From Camelus dromedarius (Eukaryota): 64,000 bases of DNA. Made by a program: the position numbers and the translations under genes. The stretch covers positions 48,858,001 to 48,922,000 of the forward strand of contig NC_087437.1 of NCBI RefSeq assembly GCF_036321535.1, in the 5' to 3' direction. Numbering within the stretch: the first letter of the stretch is position 1; every line of letters begins with the position of its first letter. Of this stretch, positions 13,240 through 25,708 are shown in pieces. Below the pieces are notes generated by a model. It had not been told where the DNA came from. It did not search any database and saw only the letters and a list, made by a program, of their open reading frames with translations.

Positions 13240-13565
13240 CTTGTTTCTTCTAGCTTATGGTGACTGCCAGCATACCTTGACTTGTGACTGCACAACTTCA
13301 ATCTTGAAGGAAGGTCAGTATCTTGAAATCTCTGTCTACTCTGTCTTCATGTTGCCTTTCTCTTTTGTATGTAAACTCTTCACTGCCTCCCTCTTAAAGG
13401 ATACATATAGTTGCATTTAGGGTCCATGCCTGTAATTCAGTATAATCTCCCCATGTCAAGATCCTTAACTTAATCATAGATACAAATACTGTCCTATAAG
13501 CTAACATTCACAGGTTTCATGTTTTAAGACTTGGTATCTTTGGAGGCCATTATTTAGTCTACTAT
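13240..13565 (-). mobile_element. MaLR (MLT1-type) LTR fragment
   Basis: ctcttaaaggatacat...gcatttagggtcc...caagatccttaacttaatca...tttggaggccattatttagtctactata. Confidence 0.7.
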
Positions 13566-13827
13566 AGAGGATAAGAGAAAACAAAAGAGGGGACTAGCAG
13601 GGATAAAAGAACAAGAGAATGAGAAAATACTCAAGCTCATTTGCTCAATTTTTCCTCCCAAATTTGTCAATCAGGTAAGTCACTTCTTGGGGAGAAATAA
13701 GTGAGAGGTGAGAGGGAGCAGCGAGAAGTATGCTTGCATAGAGGCTTTCAAACACTTTTTGACTATGACTCTTAGTAAAAAATATATTTTACCTTGTGAC
13801 CCTAAGGAATAAGTATATACTTGAATG

Positions 13828-13855
13828 CACACACACACACACACATGCACACACA
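13828..13855. repeat. Imperfect (CA)n microsatellite
   Basis: cacacacacacacacacatgcacacaca. Confidence 0.9.
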
Positions 13856-14179
13856 AGTGCACATTGAATTTAATATGAACTTAAATTGAATTGAATGGAA
13901 ATTAGTTTTTGAGACAATATTTATAGTTACTTCATGAGATACATGCTGGTCTTTTCTATTTCTTAAAAAAAAAAAAAAAAAGCCAGGAAACCCAGTAAGT
14001 TCACAACTGACTAAGTGTTCATAATCTGAAGTTTGGAAAGCATCACTCCATAAAAATCCACTCTTGGGAATATGATGCCAGGCAAATAAGAGCTGTTATT
14101 ATTATTTTTTGTAAAAACTACATGCCAGGTATAGTGCTAAGTGCTTTATGTTGATTATTCGCTTTATTCCATGATAGCA

Positions 14180-14690
14180 ATTTTTTTTATATTTTGCAGA
14201 TGAGGATATTTTGATAAATATGTTTGTTTTCCCCTCCAGATCCTTTCTCTGCTGTTTTCCATTCTACTCTGTGTTCCAGAGGAGCACAGGCAGCTAGGAG
14301 GCTGACCTCAGTGGACTCCATCAGTGGGATCCCTTGTCTTCTGGCTTCGGGTTCAGTTATTTCTGGGATCGGAAGATCAGCAAGCAGGAGGAGAGGGAGT
14401 TCATCTTCATTTCTCCCATCTTCCTTTCTGGTGGTTGCTCCAGGCTGACTGAGTTTGTCCCCTGAAGAATACAGCTCCTGTTGCATGTGTGTGTTCAGGT
14501 AATTACTCCTATCCCTTGTTCTTTCGTGTCTAAGGGTGGTAATGACTCCATTGGTCCCTAGAAGCTGCACTAGACACTGCACACTTGACCATCAGTCTAA
14601 TTTCCCATAATCCCATCCACACCTTTGTAAAGAGTCCTTAATTAAAATTTCCTCACTTATTCCATTGGGGTATGCCGTCTGTTTCCAGCA
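14180..14690. mobile_element. Old MaLR LTR (MLT1J/K-like)
   Basis: cccctccagatcctttctc...ctttgtaaagagtccttaattaaaatttcctc...gtatgccgtctgtttccagc; subfamily uncertain. Confidence 0.5.
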
Positions 14691-14699
14691 TGGATGGTG

Positions 14700-15600
14700 A
14701 TATAGGAGGTTACTGCAACAAGTAGGAGATGATGGTAGCAGTTGAAATGCAAAGAAGTGGCTGGACTCCTGCTTATATTTTGAAGGAAGAGAATTTGAAG
14801 GACATTGATAGAATTTGCTGATGGATGAGATGTAGTGTACGAGAGAAAGGATTCAGGAATTACTCCCAAGCAGTAGGCTTGAGAAGTTGGAAGGCTGGAG
14901 TTGCCACTTAATGGGACTGGAAAGACTTCAGGAAGAGCAAGCTGGGAGTGGGAGCTGTTGCTGTGTTAAGTTTGAAATATCAACTACATATTTAAGGATT
15001 TTCAAGTAGACATTTGAATATATGTCAGGTGTCGAGAGAGAGGTCTGAGAGTCATTGGCCCATAGATGGTCTTCAAGGCCTTGGGACAGATGAAATCATT
15101 CGCTGTACGAGTGGAGAGGGAAAGAAGTGGAATGAGGGCTGTGTTTTGGGATCGTTCATATTTGGAATTGGGGGATATGAGGAAAAGCCAGCAACTTAAA
15201 GTGAAAAGGGGTGACCAGAAACTAAGTGAGTGTGGTGTCCTAGAAGCCAAATGAGGAACGTATTCAATGGAGGAACTGTATACAATGCTGCTAAAAGAAC
15301 AAGTGAGAATTGGCTACTGGAGATCATTGATGGTGTTTATGAGAAGAGTTTCTGCAACATGATGGGGACAAAAGTCTGATTGGAGTGAATTCAAAAGAGG
15401 ACAGGAAGAGAAAGAGTGGAGATATGGATTATATAAGACATCTTTTCCAGAAAATTTTGCTGAAAAAGGAACTAGAGAACTAAGAGCATGCCCAGAGGGA
15501 GAATTAGAATGAGAGGTTTTTTTGTTTTTGTTTTCTTAAGATGGAAGAAATTAAAGCATGTTTATTTGCTATAGGAATGATCTTACAGAGGGAAAAATGG
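14700..15600 (-). mobile_element. L2 LINE fragment
   Basis: Purine-rich L2 antisense motifs: gaatttgctgatggatgagatgtag, ggagttgccactt, gtgtggtgtcctagaagccaaatgagga. Confidence 0.7.
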
Positions 15601-17559
15601 ACAAAATTCATTGAATGACATAATTTAAGAATGAGAAGAAAATGTAGAGACCATTTCCCACCCCCATCAGCTTTGTTTTATGAATGAGGAAACTTGAGTC
15701 TCAGAATGGTTGATTTTTCTTAAGTCCTGACAGAGTCCAGTAATTGCTCACCCTATTGTCCATTTTCTAGATGTATATAATGTTAGGGTCGTGAGATGGT
15801 CACAGAATTGGCTTTCTCTATATTTCCTTGCCACTCTTTTTAGAAATTTGCTCACATCTGGGTTAATGGAGCTTAAGTTCCTGACTAGCAGCCTTCTGGC
15901 CCACAGAACCTTTTGTAGGCAGCTGCTCACACAGTGCTCTCTGTAAAACTGAACAGCACTTAATAAACATTTCATTCCCTTCCCTTGCCCTTCACTCCAC
16001 CCCTTTTTATCCTCTTCCTTTCCTCCTGATCTTTAGTGATCCTGCCATGACCTGACAATCTGCCAGTGGGAATTCATCCTATTGTCCCCTGTTAGGATAT
16101 GAATATTCTTGGTAAATGATCATACTGAGCTATGATCAACAGACTCCTTCATGAAGCGTTTTAAGAGATCTTCTTGGTGTTAATTAATAGGAAAAGAAAT
16201 GCTCTAATCAGGGAGCAGAATGGAAGGAAGAAAGAAGAAGTGTAGAGCAAGAGAGATGGAAAATAGGCCTGGGTAAGAATATGAGGACCTCGGGCAGTGG
16301 GGAAACAGGGAGGATGCTGGAAGGCCAGGAGGGAAGGCTGAGGTTCAGCCCCCTTCCTTCCAGTTTGCCTCATCTGCATCCAAGTCAGGTGACCCCCACC
16401 CTGCCTTGTGGCTATTATAAAATAATTTATAACTATTTCTCCTGTGATTTTCTCTCCCCTTTCCTCAACTTGTTTTATTTTTCCCTCACTGCAACTGTTT
16501 TAGTCTGACTTCCTACTTTCCTTTCTACTTATAAGAACTGTTGTCCTTATAAATAAAGTCCAGAGTATGTGAGTGGAGGGCCAGTCAGAGAATGCAATGC
16601 ATTTGACCAGACTGACAGCACCCAGGAGGCTTGTATTTCTGTGTAAAGGCTCTGCTGTCTTCTCAGGCTGTGAGGAAGGAAAACTGAGGCACTCAGGATT
16701 TCAGGGAAAGCTTGGAGATTGGTGTAGTCTAGAGGTCCTTTCCCAAATGGAGATTTCCCAACCAACCCTCCATTTCATTCCATTTTTGGACTTCTTTTTT
16801 CCATTGCCTTTCTCAGTCCTTTCTCCCCTTCCCTCACCAGAGTTCCACTCGTGTGCTGCAGCTTTATGCATTGAATAAATTGGGTCTTCCCTGCTGAGCT
16901 GTCAGTAAATGGAGCTGACCAACAGAATAGTCTGTGTAAGTGCATCTTGTGCCTGGGCCAGACAGACAAGTACAATTATTTGATTGCTGGAGACTGCTAC
17001 TAAATGACGGTGAAATAGTAGGTCTGAGACTTGTTGGTGAATATTATTAATAATATAGTGTCATGCATTAATAACATAGTGTCATGTGAAACAAAGCTAT
17101 GCTAGAGGGTCTGTCTGAAATCCCATTTTAAATCACTTCTTCAGGGAGCTAGCTGGTGGAGGAGACGAGAAGTAATAAAGCAAGGTGTCTTTAAGCAACC
17201 ATTTGGGAGTTTCAGTCCAACATAAGCTGAAGTTGAGAGAATACGCATTGCCTTCATGAGTTTTTGGTGGCTAGAGTAAAGCATGGAGTTCATCTCTGGC
17301 TAACTGTGATAAAAATTACATGACTAGAGTGCTCTCCTATGAAAAATCTTCTTTCTCATCATTAAAACCCTTGAAGAGAGCCCATTGCCAAAACTTCATG
17401 AAATTCTTTCTGGCAACTGTGAGGTCCTTCATAGTCAACTTCCTTAGTTCATCTATCACAGGTAACTCTTCCAGACCCCTCCACTTCTCCCTTCATAAAA
17501 CCTCATAGTCCTGCCAGATGGGATGTGTCACCATTATTCTCCAGATGTGTCCTGAAGTC

Positions 17560-18100
17560 TACTGCCCCTGGGCTTGAGTAAAAGTAATTCCTTCCATTCC
17601 AAGTACCCTTCCCCCATCCCAGCTCTGTCCATCAGTTAAAGGCCCAGATCTAATGTGTCTTCTGTGAAGCCTTCTTTGTTCATTCATCTGGAATAGGTGT
17701 CCACAAACTTTTTATATGAAGTAACAGATAGGAAAAATTTAGACTTTGCCTCATGCAGTCTCTGTATTCTTATTTTATCAAACTGTAAAAACTATTCTTA
17801 GCCTGTGGTCCATTCAAAAACAGACCACAGGATGAATTCCGCTAATGAACCATAGTTAGCTAATCCATGGTCTAAACTGATCTCTCCTTTCTCTGGACTC
17901 CTATACAAATTTGGTCCTATTATATGTGCCACACAGCATATCTAATCTTGTATAGAAATTGTTGGTATACAAGTGTTTTCTCTATTGGACTGAAGAGAGT
18001 AGAAATCATGTCTTGTATACTTTATTTACTCCCTCCATCTGTTATGGCATGTGAACACAGAAAGTGCTCAAAAGATATTTTTAAAATGAATGAGTGAGTT
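17560..18100 (+). mobile_element. L2 3' end interrupted by a MER58-like hAT element (~17695-17870)
   Basis: cttctgtgaagccttct, cagaaagtgctcaaaagatattt...atgaatgagtga tail; insert begins ggtgtccacaaacttttt. Confidence 0.55.
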
Positions 18101-19269
18101 ACTTATAATAGCTTCCAGCAGGAACATCATTTATTTCCCAACTCTTCTAAGCCTTTGATTTTCTGACAGGCAGGTCTTATACCTCTACGCTGACCCTGGA
18201 CCCCTTAATAAGGCCATGAGCACCATAAATGCAACTGGTAATTAGACATAGAATATTATTTTCATTTATTAAATATCATTCATTGAAAACTTATTATGTG
18301 CAAATCTCTGAGAAAACATCAATGAACAAGACAGACAGAAACCTCAGCTCCTTTTGCGCTTTGCAGTCTAGGCTGGGAAGCATGATCTTAATATGAGCTC
18401 TCCTCCTGATATGTCTCAACTTCACTGTCCTGTTTTTTCGGATCATTGACTTAATATATTTGCCACTTGGTTTACCACAGTGCAAGAAATAATAAAACTG
18501 TAATAATAAGAGCTTACATTTATGTATACCTTAGATAGTCATATATATCATTTTTAATATGTACAATCGCATAATGAATTTAAGGAAGCAAATAACTACA
18601 TTTACTTATTTTGTTGTCAATCTGGATAAACTGTGGATCACAGTTGTCACTTAACCAGATCACAGGAGATAAACTAGACAACTAGAGGCAATGTCTTAAT
18701 CACAAGCTAAGTTAAGCAACATCATTTAGAATCGGCATATCGTGCTTAGTAATTGGTGATGGTTTAAAAAATAACTTACTTAGTAAGCAAAGGTGTGGAG
18801 ATTTGATTTAAAGTCTGTTTGATTCCTAAGCCTCAATGTAATCAAAATATTATTGGATCATGTTGAGTTCTATTCTGAGCACAGGTTTGCATTGCAATGA
18901 ATGGCAGTGAAGCAAAAAATAAAAATAAGAAAGAAAAACAACTACAAATTCAATTAGTTGGAAGAGATTAAGATATTTTATGGCAGTCTCTAAAGAGAAT
19001 CTCAAAAAAGGGACTAAGTTTTCAGCAGTCAGAAGAATTTCCTTAAGATCCTCTTTCCTTACTGTATCTTTCTTACTGTCTTCCTCACACAAAGTCCATT
19101 GCCAGATAAAACTCTTGACTCTCCTAATTCTCCCCCAGTGCTGTTTGCTCAGCTCTTTCTTCTCCTGCTACCACTCCTCAATCAATTTGATTTCCTTTGT
19201 CCCGTTACTCTCTGCCCATTCAATGTTTTCCCATTCTTTTATATTTTCTCCCTTTCTGCGATGCACACT

Positions 19270-19843
19270 ATGGTAGGTAGATTCTAAGGTGGCCCCCAAG
19301 ATTCCCAGCCACTGGCATACATCCCCTGTATGATTCTGTCCTCTTGGGTGTGGGCTGGACCTGTGAATATGGTAGGAACATGGCCTCCTTGGGTGATTTC
19401 CTCAAAATAAAAAAGGTGTTGAGATAGTCACTGTGCTTACACTACTTTATGTAAGACACTATCCTAGCAGACTGGAGTGAGATTCTCCTGCTTGCTTTGA
19501 AGAAGTAAGCTATCATGGTTTAAAAGGTCTTGTGGCTAGGACCTGAAGGTGGCCTCTAGAAACAGAGATCAACCTCTAGGAGCTGATAGCAGTAAGAAAA
19601 TGGGGCTTTGGTTCTCTGACTGCAAAAACTGAATTCCGCCAACAACTTCAGTGAGCTTGGAAGAGGCCCAAGCCTCAGGTGAGGTTGCAGCCCTAGGCTG
19701 ACACCTTGATTTCAGCCTGGTGAGCCCCTGAGCAGAGAACTTAACTACAGTGTGCTTAGACCTCTGACCTAGTGAGGTAATATATGTTATTGTAAGCCAG
19801 TACATTTGTGGTAATTTATTACACAGCAATAGAAAATGAATAC
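19270..19843 (+). mobile_element. MaLR solo LTR (MLT1E/F-like)
   Basis: tggtaggtagattctaaggtggcccccaagattccc ... gacaccttgatttcagcc ... cagcaatagaaaatgaataca. Confidence 0.8.
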
Positions 19844-20861
19844 ATGTACATTAATTTGGTTTGTGTGATAAGGCCCAGAAATATCAGGGAAAAGGGAAAG
19901 GAGTGTATTCATATTTTTGTTTTATACATTTATATTTTCTTATTTGTTACACCATTGTTCCAATGGTTTTAATCTGTTTTCCCCACTATATTACACAAAC
20001 AATACACCTGAAGAACATGTTATCTTTCTATCACAATAGTGGCTCCCTATATCTGTAAATATAGGATATTTACATCCAAGGGTGGGTCTAAGGCACGTAT
20101 GGTTTGTCAGAGTCCCCTGGTGGCTGGGATATGCTTTTGGTTGAGAACTACTGTACTATAATATTTCAGGGACTACTAAAACTGGGCCTGCCAGCCATCT
20201 CTGGACTAGATCATACATTGACTTTATTTGATTTCAATGAGCTGGAAATTTTAAGTCATTAAAGTCAGAGACCAGTCAGAAAGTTTTCACATGTCCCCTC
20301 TTCCTGATAAAACTAAGTGCTAGACATTACCTAGATATAACCTGCCCTTTTCCTGCCCTCTACCTAAAAATGGGATTCTTCAATCATCAAAGCAGTTCTG
20401 GGCTTCCAACAAAGTTGTTATTGCTCTCTTAGTAATTATAGGAGCCTGGTAAGGGGGATACCTGCAGGTGCCTACAGACCCAATCATCTGTTATTTGAGG
20501 GAGGTGTTGGTGGAGGAGCTTATGGCTCCTTTCATTAAATTTTCTCAGGGGAAAAACTGTAGACTAAGGTGACATCTAACATAACTCCTCTTTCTTGTTG
20601 TGTGTTTCTCCCTTCTTTTCTGTCAATGTTCATGTGGAGAATTACATTAATTTCTTAATGTTAAGACAATTTTGCATTCCTCAACTGGATTGTGATATAT
20701 GAATTCTTTTTCTGTATTGCTGGGTTTGGTTTGCTAATATTTTATTTAGGGTTTGTACCTATGTTCACTCAAAACATTGGCCTATAATTTGCCTTTCTTA
20801 TAATGTCATTCCAGGTAGTGATGTCAAAGTTCTACTGACCTCACAAAATGAATTGGGATGG

Positions 20862-21307
20862 GTGGTAGACTAGAAAAATGGCCCCCTAAATGCCATTCAT
20901 AACCTAATCCTTGGAATCTATTAATATTACCTTATTTGGGAAAAAAAGTCTTTGCAGATATGAAGTTAAGGATCTTGTGGGGAGATTCTCCAGGTGGGCC
21001 CTAGATGCTACTAAATGTGTCTTTATAAGAGAGGGGCAGAGAGAGATTACACACAGTAGACAATGCAGTGTAGGATGGAGGCAGGGATTGGATAAGCCAA
21101 GGGATGTCGGCAGCTCCCAGAAGCTGGACTAGGCAAAGAACGAATTCTCTCCTAGAAGCTCCAGAGGGCGTGTGGCCCTGCTGACACCTTGACTTTGGCC
21201 CAGTGAAACTGATGTTAAACTTCTGCCTCCAGAACTGTGAGAGAATAAGTTTCTGTTGTTTTAGGCCAGTTTGTGATAACTTGTCAAAGCAGCCATAGGA
21301 AACATAT
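20862..21307 (+). mobile_element. MaLR solo LTR (MLT1B/C-like) nested in L1
   Basis: gtggtagactagaaaaatggcccc ... ctgctgacaccttgact ... cagccataggaaac. Confidence 0.8.
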
Positions 21308-22614
21308 ATGCAGTGTTCCTTACCATTATTTTTTTGAATTCTCTGGAAGAATATGAAAAAGTGATATAATTTCTTCTTAAAATGTTTGGTAGAAGTCACC
21401 AGTAAATACTTCTGAACTGAGGTTTTCTTTTTTGGAGTTTTTAATTATAGATTTATTTCGTTTTATAGTTACAGAAATGTCGATATTTTCTGTTTTTTCT
21501 TGGTAAGTTATATATTGTTTAGGATTTTTGCCCTTTAAATTTCCAAATTTAAAGGCATAAAGTTATTTAAAATATCCTGTTAATATCTTTGTAAGGTCTG
21601 AATTATCTATAATGATGTCTTCTTGGGATAGCTATGCTTCTTTCTTATTTCTTGATCAGTTTCAGTAGACATTTATCAATTGAAAAAGTTTTATAGAGAA
21701 CCCAAATCTGACTTTATCATCACTACTATATATTTAGTTTTGATTTATTAATTTCTGCTCATATTTTTACTATTTCCTTTCTTTTACTTAATTTCAGTGT
21801 ATTTTGCTCTTCATATTCTGACTTCTTGTTATGTTTGTTTAAATGATTAATTTTCCACCTTTCCTCTTTTTTAATACATGCATTTAGGACTATAAATTCC
21901 CCTCTAAGCATTGCTTTAGCTATAAGCCACAAATTTAGATAGGTGGTATTTTTATTATCATTCATTTCCAAAGTTTTCCTAATTTCTATTGAGATTTTTG
22001 TCTTCTTTGACCCATTGGTTTTATAGAAGTGAATTAATTCATTCTCAAATGTATGGAGTCTTTAAGTTACTTTTTAAAAAAATTGACTTCTTGCTTAATT
22101 ACAGTGTGTCAGAAAATATTCTATATTATTTGATTTGAATGAAATTTCCTGAGACTTGCTTTATGGCTTAGGTTATGGTCACTTTTAATAACTATTTCAT
22201 GTATATTTGAGAGAGATACATATTCTGCCATTGTTCAATATATATCATTAGTTTGTTTGCTGATAACGGTCAAATCTTCTGTATCTTATTATTTGTCTGT
22301 TTGTTCTATCGCATTCTGGAAGATATTTGTGTGTTAAATATTCTACATAATTGTGGATTTCTCCATTTCAGCTTTTAGTTTTTTGATTTTTGTTTTATGT
22401 ATTTGGAGGGTGTGATAGCATGCATAGAAGTTCAGAATAGTTATATCTTCCTGTTGGATTGACTTTTTATCCTTATGAAATCCATTTTTTATCTCCAGTA
22501 ATATTTCTTGCCTTAAAGTTTTATTTTCTGATCTTAGTAAATCTATATCAATTTTCTTTTGGTTAGCCTTTGCATGCTGTATCTTTTCATATTTTACTTT
22601 CAACCCTATTTCTT

Positions 22615-23244
22615 CTTTCTTTTTTCTTCCAGTTTTACTGAGATATAATTGACATAAAGCATTGTATAAGTTTAAGGTGTACAGCATGATGATTTGATTT
22701 ATATACTTCATGAATGATTACCACAATAAGTTTAGTGAACATCCGTCATCTAATATAGATAAAAAGTAAAAGAAAGGGGAAAACATTTTTTTTCATTGTG
22801 ATGAGAACTCTTAGGATTTACTCTCTTAACAACTTTCATACATATCATAACAGCAGTTCTAATTATATTTATCATGTTGTATAATATATCCCTAGTACTT
22901 ACTTAACTTGTTACTGGAAGTTTGTACCGTTTGACTACATTCATCCAGTTCCCATCCTTCCACTCCTACCTCTGGAACCTTTCGATCTGATGTCTTTTTC
23001 TATGAATTTGTTTGTTTTTGAAGTATAATTGACATGCAACACTATGTTAGTTCCTTGTGTACAACATAGTGGTTTAATATATCTATATATTACACAATGA
23101 TCACCACAATAAGTCTAACCATATCTGTCACCATACCAAGATATTACATTATTATTGACTTAATTCCACACACTGTACATTTCATACCCTGACTCATAAG
23201 TTGGCATTCAAAGTACCTCTTAATCTCCTTCACCTTTCTCTTCT
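22615..23244 (-). mobile_element. 5'-truncated L1 3' end nested in the older L1
   Basis: T-rich tail then ttttactgagatataattgacata...; flanked by ccctatttctt (22604-22614) and ccctgtttctt (23245-23255). Confidence 0.75.
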
Positions 23245-24312
23245 CCCTGTTTCTTTATAAACTGTACTGTTGTAAGCAACATATAATTGAGAATTTAAAA
23301 AATTCCAGTCTGATCATCTTAGTTCATTTAATTTGTCTATTTAATTTATATTTAATATAATTAATTTTATTTATTTGTTTTCTACTTGACCCTCCTATTC
23401 TGTGTTCTCTTTGTCCTCCTTCCTTGTCTTCTTTTGGATCAGTTAAGTGTTTCATTTTGTTTTTAAAATTCCATTTCCGTTCCTCTATTAATTGTTGGTT
23501 ACACATTCTTTTACTATTCTTCTGGTGGCTATTCTGATGGTACAGCATGAATCTTTTACTTACTAAAATCTAATATAAAGTAATACTTTTGCCACTTCCT
23601 AAAAATCTTTTTCCTTTTCTGCCTTTTATGTTATTGTTGTCATGTATTTTAATTATACATATATTTCAAATACCAGAAACTTTGTTTTTATTTTATGCAA
23701 TGTTTATTAAGATTTACCTAGATATTTATCTTTCTATTATTATTTATTCTTTTTATTTTTCTTTTCTTCATTTCCATGCCTCTGTCTGTGGTCAGATTCC
23801 CCTCACCTGAAGAAACACTTTTAGTATTTCTTTTATTGTGGTCTGTTGGGGACCTACAGTTTTTGCTTGCTTGGAAATATCTTTATTTTGTTTTACTTAT
23901 TAAAGGATATATTCACTATATATACAGCTGTAGATTAATAGCTAATTCCTTTTATCACTTCAGATAAAACATTTCAATGTGTCTGGCTCTCATATTCTGG
24001 TGAGAAGTAAGATCTCAGTCTAATTTTGCACATTTGTCATTTTTCGTTGGGTGCTTTTAAGCTTTTTTTTATCTTTATCTTTGTTTTTCAGCAATTTTAA
24101 TGTAATGTACCTATATGTGGATTTTTAAAAATTTCTACTTCATGGGGACAGTTTTTCTTCGTAAACCTGTGGATTTTTTTTCATTTTGACAAATTCTCCA
24201 TTATATTTCTTCAAGTATTGTTTTTAACCCATTTTCTCTTTTCTCTCTTTCTGAAACCTCAATTAGATGCATGAGAAAACGTCTTACTATATATCCGCTT
24301 TTTTTCACTCTG

Positions 24313-24830
24313 AATTAGTTATCTGTCTGAGTAACAAATTACCTCAAAATTTATGGCATAAAATAAACATTAGCTATCTCACATTTTTTCTAGATCAGGA
24401 ATTAAGGAGCAAGCATCATTCTGCCCTAAGCTCCCTCATGAGGTTGCAGTTGAGATTTTGGCCGGAGCTGTAGTCATCTAAAGGTTTGAAGGGGGCTGAA
24501 GGGAACTTTTTGAGATGGTTCACTCACATGCCTGTTGAAAGGAGGCCTCATTTCCTCACTATGTGGATTGTTCAAAAAGGCTGCTTGAGTGTCTCATGAT
24601 ATGGTATCTGACTTTCCCCAGATTAAGTGAAAAAGGAGACAGAATGCAAGGAAGAGACAGTGCCTTCTGTGACCTAGTCTTGGAAGTCATAAAGTGTTAA
24701 TTTTACTGTATTGTATTTGCTAGAAGTTGAGTTAGTAAGTCCAACTCACGCAAAGGGAGAGGAACTAGGTTCTACTTTTTGAGAGGACAAGTATTAAATA
24801 ATTTTTGGATATATTTTAAAACCACCATAC
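24313..24830 (-). mobile_element. MaLR LTR (MLT1 family)
   Basis: attagttatctg...taacaaattacctcaaaatttatggcataaaa ... ttttaaaaccacca. Confidence 0.7.
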
Positions 24831-25226
24831 TTTGAATTCTGTTTTGTCCATCCTTTTCTATTTTTGTGCTTTACTCTTTTAAAAAAATTTTGTAATAATT
24901 TTATTTATTTGTTTTCAGTTTTATTAGGTAGAATTGTTAGAATTTGACTGAAGATACACAATATACTACATGTAAATACATATATACAATATTCTGCACA
25001 TTAAAAATTTTTACATATGTGTACTGCTCATTGTTTCTAAGAACAGTTTAGAGCTTTAGCTTTTTAAAGTTACATAGTTATCAAAAGAATAAAGCCAACC
25101 ACAAAATAAGAATCAACAGAATGCAGTAATCCAATCATAAAGGACAATCATATGTGCTCACACATATTCAAGAAATCAGTCATCTAAGTTATAAATAATA
25201 ACTAGTTCATTTGTGTCCGTTTTTTT

Positions 25227-25356
25227 ATGTGTGTTTCTTTTTGGGGGGAGGAAGTAATTATGCTTATTTATTTATTTTAATGGAGGTACTGGGAATTGAA
25301 CCTAGGACCTTATGCATGCTAGGCATGTGCTCTACCACTGAGCTGTACCCTCCCCC
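25227..25356 (-). mobile_element. tRNA-Ala-derived SINE (vic-1-like) nested in L1 3' UTR
   Basis: Minus strand gggggagggtacagctcagtggtagagcac...ggttcaattcccagtacctcca; TSD tgtgtcc(g/a)ttttttt at 25212-25226 and 25361-25375. Confidence 0.88.
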
Positions 25357-25517
25357 TATATGTGTCCATTTTTTTAGATTCCACATGTAAGTGATATCAC
25401 ATGGCATTTTTCTTTCTCTTTCTAGCTTACTTCACTTAGAATGATAATCTCCAGCTCCATCTATGTTGCTGCAAATGGCATTATTTTATTCTTTTTTATG
25501 GCTGAGTAGTATTCCAT

Positions 25518-25548
<31 letters not shown>

Positions 25549-25576
25549 TTATATATTTATATATTTATATATATAT
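25518..25576. repeat. (TA)n/(TATATT)n microsatellite at an L1 deletion junction
   Basis: Seen directly. Confidence 0.9.
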
Positions 25577-25600
25577 CTCCTCAATGCATTGTTGGAGTCA

Positions 25601-25708
<108 letters not shown>

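Larger units (their letters stand above)
20600..24300 (-). mobile_element. Old degraded L1 (ORF2 to ORF1), host to nested insertions; resumes at ~27830-28750
   Basis: ORF 21759..21971 (NTTYLNLW...LRGEFIVLNACIKKEE) and 22343..22711 (SIQQEDITILNFYA) are L1 ORF2 endonuclease/linker remnants. Confidence 0.75.

Noticed and set aside
14187..14582. 131-aa ORF
   Set aside because: Lies within an old LTR; spurious.
22640..23120. Two similar segments within an L1 3' end
   Set aside because: Diverged internal duplication that probably belongs to the subfamily 3' UTR rather than a local event.
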